A DNA stretch of 64,000 nt from Eukaryota sp. TZLM1-RC (lineage: Eukaryota; Protista; Metamonada: BaSk clade): NCBI GenBank assembly GCA_040285825.1, contig JAUPSS010000001.1:1922001-1986000 (forward strand), given 5' to 3'. Under the pieces are notes generated by a model, which was given only the letters and a program-made list of their open reading frames with translations, ran no database searches and was not told where the DNA came from. Every line of letters begins with the position of its first letter. The stretch's first letter is position 1. Shown piece after piece: positions 59,021 through 64,000 of this stretch. Made by a program: the position numbers and the translations under genes.

Positions 59021-61276
59021 ATGGTGTCGATATTGCCATCTACTAAGGTGTCCGTCGAGAACCAGGCCATTGTTTGTGGTGCTCATTCCGACATCCATTT
59101 TTGCCACTATGGTGAACTTCCTGCCCTTGTTGAGATTTTCCATAACTCTGAATGCACCGTCCTTGAATCCATTGTCAACCAGTTAGAAGCACATATCACA
59201 TCACACCATGTCATCAAATCCCATGGCATTACAAAGCTCGGTGACGGGAGGTTAGGTCTTGTAATGGAGAAGGTAGATTCCACGTTAAAGTCTATGTTGC
59301 CGGGAAAGTTGTCTCCTGTCTCTCTCTCCTTAGCGTTGGATGTAGTTGATGCGGTTCAGTATCTACTTTCAGAAGGAATCACCCATCTCAGTCTAACGTC
59401 ATCAGCTATATTTGTTCAAAATCTCAAGATAAAACTTCATGATGTTGTACTCTCCAAAATCATTCAAGATTTGCTTGACCAAGAAAAAACTTCAAAGCAT
59501 TGTATCCCCAACACTTTGTCTTGCACACAGCCATGTACACCAATCACAGTCTGTCTAGGCTTCATTCTCTATGAAATTCTATGTGGAAAGTCGTTCGCGA
59601 CTAACTCATTTGATGATCAAACCCCACAGTTTCAAGATCTTTTACCTCAAATTCCAGATGATTTTCCCCAAGATCTTGCCATGATTATCAAGCAATGCTG
59701 GTACTCTGATCAGAACACGTCACGTCACGTCATCACTGAGCTGTCAGATCTGACCACTGTTTTAAAATCCAATCTATCAAAATTGCTCAATGTAGATCTC
59801 AACCTTGAGGCAAAAACATTAAGGAAAAGCAATGTTGCTCTTCAAAAAGAAGTCAAATCTCTCAAATTCAGAGTTTCTCAACTGGAGGCTATGGAGGTTC
59901 GTATGAAGCAACTATGTCAGGAAAAGAAGGACAAGATTGCTGCTCTCAGAAATGATATGGCCAAAAATAAGTCCGGTGCACCAGTTTTATCACTACCCCC
60001 TGCTCATGATTTCTACAAGCGATGCGATAATGCCTTGAAGACATTGAGATGTAAGAAATTCAAGAAAAACACGCAGTTCTCAACAATTGTAAATCTTCTC
60101 AGCGAATCACTTGAGTCAAGACCCACTGTTACTAGCTCTCATGTGAAGTCTGTTCTGTTACTACACCAAACTTCCCAACTTGGCCACTCCTCTGACTGGG
60201 TTAGTTTGGTTCAACAGATACAAGAATTCAACTTGTTGTCATCTATAAAGAATCTTGCTGATGAAGGGCACTGTGATGCTCAAGTCTTGCTAGGTGATTT
60301 GCACTTTCATGGTCGTATTGTCACAAAGTGCTTTACAACAGCAGCTCTCTGGTTCAAGAAGGCCTCTATATTGAAGAACACTAATGGTATGGCTTGGTTT
60401 GGCAATTGCTTGTATAATGGATGGGGTGTTGATATTGACGGAGAAGGGGCCTTCAAGTTGGCAAAGCAAGCTACGGAGCATGATAATCCAATAGCAATGG
60501 TTCTCTTGGGTTGTTGCTACAGCAATGGTATAGGTGTAGATAAGTCGCCATCAAGGGCACTGTCTTTGTTTGAATCCGCTTTTCGTGCTGGTTTTCGTTC
60601 TGCTTCTAAACAACTTTATTGGCATTACAGATATATCCTTAATGACATTCACACGGCTGTTTCTTGGTTAGCCAAGGGGGCCTGTTGTGAATGTTCAACT
60701 GCTATGGTGCTCTTGGCTCGGTGTTATGATTCAGGTGATGGTGTTAAAAAAGATGGCAGCAAGGCTTTGGAATTGCTCAATAAGGCAGCTCGACTTCAGG
60801 ATGCTTCTGCCTATTTGGAGCTTGGAAAAGCTCACAAACAGGGCTTGGGATCTTTTAGCATAACTCAACCAAACTACGAAGCAGCCAAAGAAATGTTTAA
60901 AACCGCTATTGATCTTGGAAGTGCCCAAGGTCTCTCTCAAATGGGCATTCTTTTTGAAGAAGGTCTTGGGGTGAAGAAGGACATAGTTAATGCATTTGAA
61001 TGCTACACCAATGGTGTTTCGTATAACGACGAGGTTGGTTTTGTTAGGTTGGGGTTTATGTATACATTACACTGTGATTTTCCGAGGCCTGTTCCTGTGG
61101 ACCTTGAAAAGGCTGTTAATCTATTGTTTAAAGGTAATAAGAAGAACGAGGGACATTTAGAGTTACGGTCATGCATAACGAAATTGTTTGAAAGGCAGAA
61201 GGTTATGGAAGATGTTGAGTTTGTACAGTTCAAGAAATTGGTCAGTAGATTAAGACAGGAAGGATTGATTAAATAA
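59021..61276 (+). CDS. Pseudokinase + coiled-coil + SEL1-like repeat protein
   Basis: Kinase-like LVME..AVQYL..GITH..IKL..LGFILYEI..IIKQCW lacks the VAIK Lys, HRD and DFG. About seven SEL1 repeats follow (e.g. AMVLLGCCYSNGIGVDK). Confidence 0.85.
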   Translation: MVSILPSTKVSVENQAIVCGAHSDIHFCHYGELPALVEIFHNSECTVLESIVNQLEAHITSHHVIKSHGITKLGDGRLGLVMEKVDSTLKSMLPGKLSPVSLSLALDVVDAVQYLLSEGITHLSLTSSAIFVQNLKIKLHDVVLSKIIQDLLDQEKTSKHCIPNTLSCTQPCTPITVCLGFILYEILCGKSFATNSFDDQTPQFQDLLPQIPDDFPQDLAMIIKQCWYSDQNTSRHVITELSDLTTVLKSNLSKLLNVDLNLEAKTLRKSNVALQKEVKSLKFRVSQLEAMEVRMKQLCQEKKDKIAALRNDMAKNKSGAPVLSLPPAHDFYKRCDNALKTLRCKKFKKNTQFSTIVNLLSESLESRPTVTSSHVKSVLLLHQTSQLGHSSDWVSLVQQIQEFNLLSSIKNLADEGHCDAQVLLGDLHFHGRIVTKCFTTAALWFKKASILKNTNGMAWFGNCLYNGWGVDIDGEGAFKLAKQATEHDNPIAMVLLGCCYSNGIGVDKSPSRALSLFESAFRAGFRSASKQLYWHYRYILNDIHTAVSWLAKGACCECSTAMVLLARCYDSGDGVKKDGSKALELLNKAARLQDASAYLELGKAHKQGLGSFSITQPNYEAAKEMFKTAIDLGSAQGLSQMGILFEEGLGVKKDIVNAFECYTNGVSYNDEVGFVRLGFMYTLHCDFPRPVPVDLEKAVNLLFKGNKKNEGHLELRSCITKLFERQKVMEDVEFVQFKKLVSRLRQEGLIK

Positions 61277-61314
61277 TTAATAAATTATTTAATAATTTTA
61301 TTGTTTTTTTTAAA

Positions 61315-62830
61315 AAAAATTTTATTCAAAACCTATAAATCAACATCTAAAAAATCCATCTCTCCCAGAACAAAAACACTAGATGCAACTCTCTCATAGT
61401 GAGAACCAAGAGACAGCAAAGCATCAGAAACCATCTTCAACATCCCCTTAAAAATAGAAAACACAATTCTATTTTGCCAAAACAATCTGTTGAAATTTCT
61501 CCCAGTTCTTCTCTTGACAATCAATTCAAAATCATCCAAAAAACGTAAAGCAGTTGGTGCAAGAGAACCAAAAAGGGAAAATACAAATGGATACAAATTG
61601 TATTTTGCATGCTGTAGACTAGCCAATTTGGACAAAGGTTCATTGTATTTTTTGAGTTTGAAATTTTCAGCATTTGAAAGAGGATTATGAATTTCAGAAT
61701 TAACAAGCCTTTCATTTGAGGCATTACACGGATCAACAGACATTACATCCAATAACATGAAACTTCCATCTAATCCAGGTAATATAACATCACCTCTATT
61801 ATTCTTATGAAAATCATTTTCAGCATCAAACAGATTTGACAACAGAGGTTCCAAGAAGGATTCAATTCTATGAGATTTACACATACAATATAACTGGTCT
61901 CTTACAGCATCATGAACCTTGCTTCTAAAAGTAATAAAATGTTTACAATTTAACAAATGAGTAGTTGTAATTTCTCGAGAACATTTACAAATTAAATTAT
62001 GAGGTAAATCATCAGGCCAGATAAAGGAACGAAATCTCATATTCAGAGTCCAAGCAGAATCGGATAAGAGAGTACCATAAACTTGTGGAATTGTTGTTAC
62101 TAAGGCAGAAGAAGAACTGTCACACATATCTTGTAAAAGATTTGCAAAAGCGGGATTCTTTTTCTTGGCCAAGCCAAGTCTAACATCAAAATCCAAGCTT
62201 TCAAAAATCTTTGACAATTAATGTTGAAGCTTTTTACAGCAAAACTGTAAATTAAAAAGAGATCGGTTTGGAATTTCTTGAATTGATTGAGGAAAACATT
62301 TGGTCCAAATTTGTGGCGGCAATTTTTCAAGTTCACAAGATAACTCATACAAATAGGGACTGCAATTGGGAACTAACAGATGAGAATCATCAGGAAATCT
62401 ATGAGAAAATTCATAAATAAAATTTTTGCCACCACCCAAGAATGCTGATTGACACAAAATTGAAGATTTAGTAAATCCAATACCACCCAAATTTGCTGAA
62501 GAAAATAAATGGCTTTTCAACATTCCTGGTTCTACATCCAATAAATCAGCAAAAAATTCTGTTCTCAATGAATTAAATGAACGACAAAAATCTAAGGCTG
62601 TGGAAGGAGCACAAGATCTCAAAATGTGGGTTATTCTCCCAGTGTAGCAAATTTTAAGCATGAAAAATTTAATATGCTTTTCTATATCTAAAGAAGAAAT
62701 TGAATCAAGTTCAATTTTCATTTTTTCCAAAATAACTTGCAATTCATTCTGAATTTGAGGCACGTTTCCTAACCAACAACCAAGGAACTTAAAAGCATCA
62801 CTACTATAATTAGTAAAAGGGACAATAGAA
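61315..62830 (-). mobile_element. Well-preserved 5'-truncated CRE-like retrotransposon, family B
   Basis: Nearly open thumb, CKC..HLLNC..HDAVRD, EPLL, RGDV, LLDV, KLKKY and YPF..FG, ending GEMDFLDVDL*. One in-frame stop at 62218-62220. Confidence 0.92.
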
Positions 62831-63192
62831 TTTTATTGTTTTATTACAACTTGTTAACACTTGTATTTGATGTTATTTCAAGTTTCAATTCAAAAACAGG
62901 AAACCACCAAGTAAATCGCTACCAGAAACACCATAAGTTCAGTTCACCTTTTTTAACAATATTTTTATACCGGTGTATCTAAGTTGTTATTACCCAAATC
63001 TTGTTAAGTGGTCCCACAGTCTCCACCTATGTGGAAGCTCCGTTCACAGCCACATTGAGCACCAACTACATAGCTATACACACACTCAGTTTGATTATGG
63101 AAAAATGTCAAATCAAGGTGAAGGAAGGTCTGTCGGGCAACCCAAATCAAAATCAATCCAAATGTGGGTGATTTTTCTGTTCCGGTTGAGTA

Positions 63193-64000
63193 ATGGCGAC
63201 TCCCAACTACGAAGCGCCTAAGAAGAAAGGGTTGTATATCGTCATTGCATTGGCACTTATTATAGCTGCTGCTGTGATCACAGCATTAATCATTGGTTTC
63301 TCAAGCAATGGAGGCTCAGATCCAAGTCCAGATGTTGATCCTGATCCCGAAGACCCAGAGGACGACCACCCTGTTCAGTACAAACGTTTTATGATGAATC
63401 ATGTTGGTGACATTGAAGGTACAATCATGAATATCACTATTGTCGCTGATCTAGAAGGTGGCTCGTTGGCTTATATGCTTCACAACACTGAAACTGATGA
63501 ACTCTCTGGGACATATAGTCAAGATAGCGCTGTTTGGGCTTTGGGTGATATATGTGTTCCCAGGCTCATGAAAACTGATGACCATTACGCCGGTGCAATC
63601 ACCATTGATGATAGCCTTGAACCAATTGATGAAATGGATTATAATGACGGCAAATGTAAAGTTTACAAGCTCTTTGATTTTGAAGTCTGTGTTGACAAGG
63701 GTCTTATTCGTTTCTTGTGCATTGACGACAAGGGTCTCCAATGTACTGAATATTCCTCCCACGTGCTTCTTGAGGAAGGCGATGCCTTATTTGATATGGA
63801 TGCTCACTGCCCAGAACACCAGAAGCCAGTCTTTGTCCACGATCATACAACCGAAAATTATGATCAAGTACACGTTCACCTTCTTCATGAAGTCCTCTAC
63901 TATGTTGAGTCAGGTGTTAACAAATTGTTCCACGAAGTTGATGGCACGTTCTATCGTTTTGAGTACACCGACTCTTCATGTACTTCTGGCCCTTCTGGTG
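63193..64000 (+). CDS. Type II membrane protein (N-terminal anchor, DP-rich stalk, Cys-containing ectodomain); continues beyond the window
   Basis: MATPNYEAPKKKGLYIVIALALIIAAAVITALIIG..DPSPDVDPDPEDP; the frame stays open to the window end, so it is missing from the ORF track. Confidence 0.8.
   Translation, partial: MATPNYEAPKKKGLYIVIALALIIAAAVITALIIGFSSNGGSDPSPDVDPDPEDPEDDHPVQYKRFMMNHVGDIEGTIMNITIVADLEGGSLAYMLHNTETDELSGTYSQDSAVWALGDICVPRLMKTDDHYAGAITIDDSLEPIDEMDYNDGKCKVYKLFDFEVCVDKGLIRFLCIDDKGLQCTEYSSHVLLEEGDALFDMDAHCPEHQKPVFVHDHTTENYDQVHVHLLHEVLYYVESGVNKLFHEVDGTFYRFEYTDSSCTSGPSG

Overview
AT-rich eukaryotic genomic DNA with apparently intronless single genes, separated by dense fields of decayed mobile elements. 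WRAP73 and an STPG2-like SHIPPO-repeat gene imply a flagellated protist; a metamonad-like organism is a guess only. Host genes: a divergent TAM41-like protein, a Cys-rich secreted protein, an APD-like membrane protein, CK2-beta, STPG2-like, WRAP73, reticulon, Rpp14/Pop5-family, a TRIM-like RING-Bbox-Bbox protein, an SDR, a large TPR/coiled-coil/27-aa-repeat protein, a RING protein, a hendecad-repeat membrane protein, a pseudokinase-SEL1 protein and a type II membrane protein that runs off the window. Mobile DNA: many fragments from at least six families of REL-endonuclease (CRE-like) non-LTR retrotransposons, a Ty3/gypsy remnant, a hAT MITE with 8-bp TSD, a hAT 3' remnant and a MULE with 9-bp TSD. 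The highlight is two decayed Fanzor1 (eukaryotic TnpB/RuvC) genes plus a ~240-nt structured, GNRA-rich sequence. That sequence occurs once 88 nt downstream of a Fanzor ORF (the omegaRNA position) and once as a better-preserved orphan copy with a different 3' flank just upstream of a RING gene, suggesting a stand-alone guide RNA. Also notable: a ~3.5-kb island with two convergent orphan ORFs (one resembling a degenerate SF3 helicase) and four copies of a palindromic site, and an unassigned structured ncRNA candidate at ~20.3 kb. All assignments come from reading motifs by eye; no searches were run.
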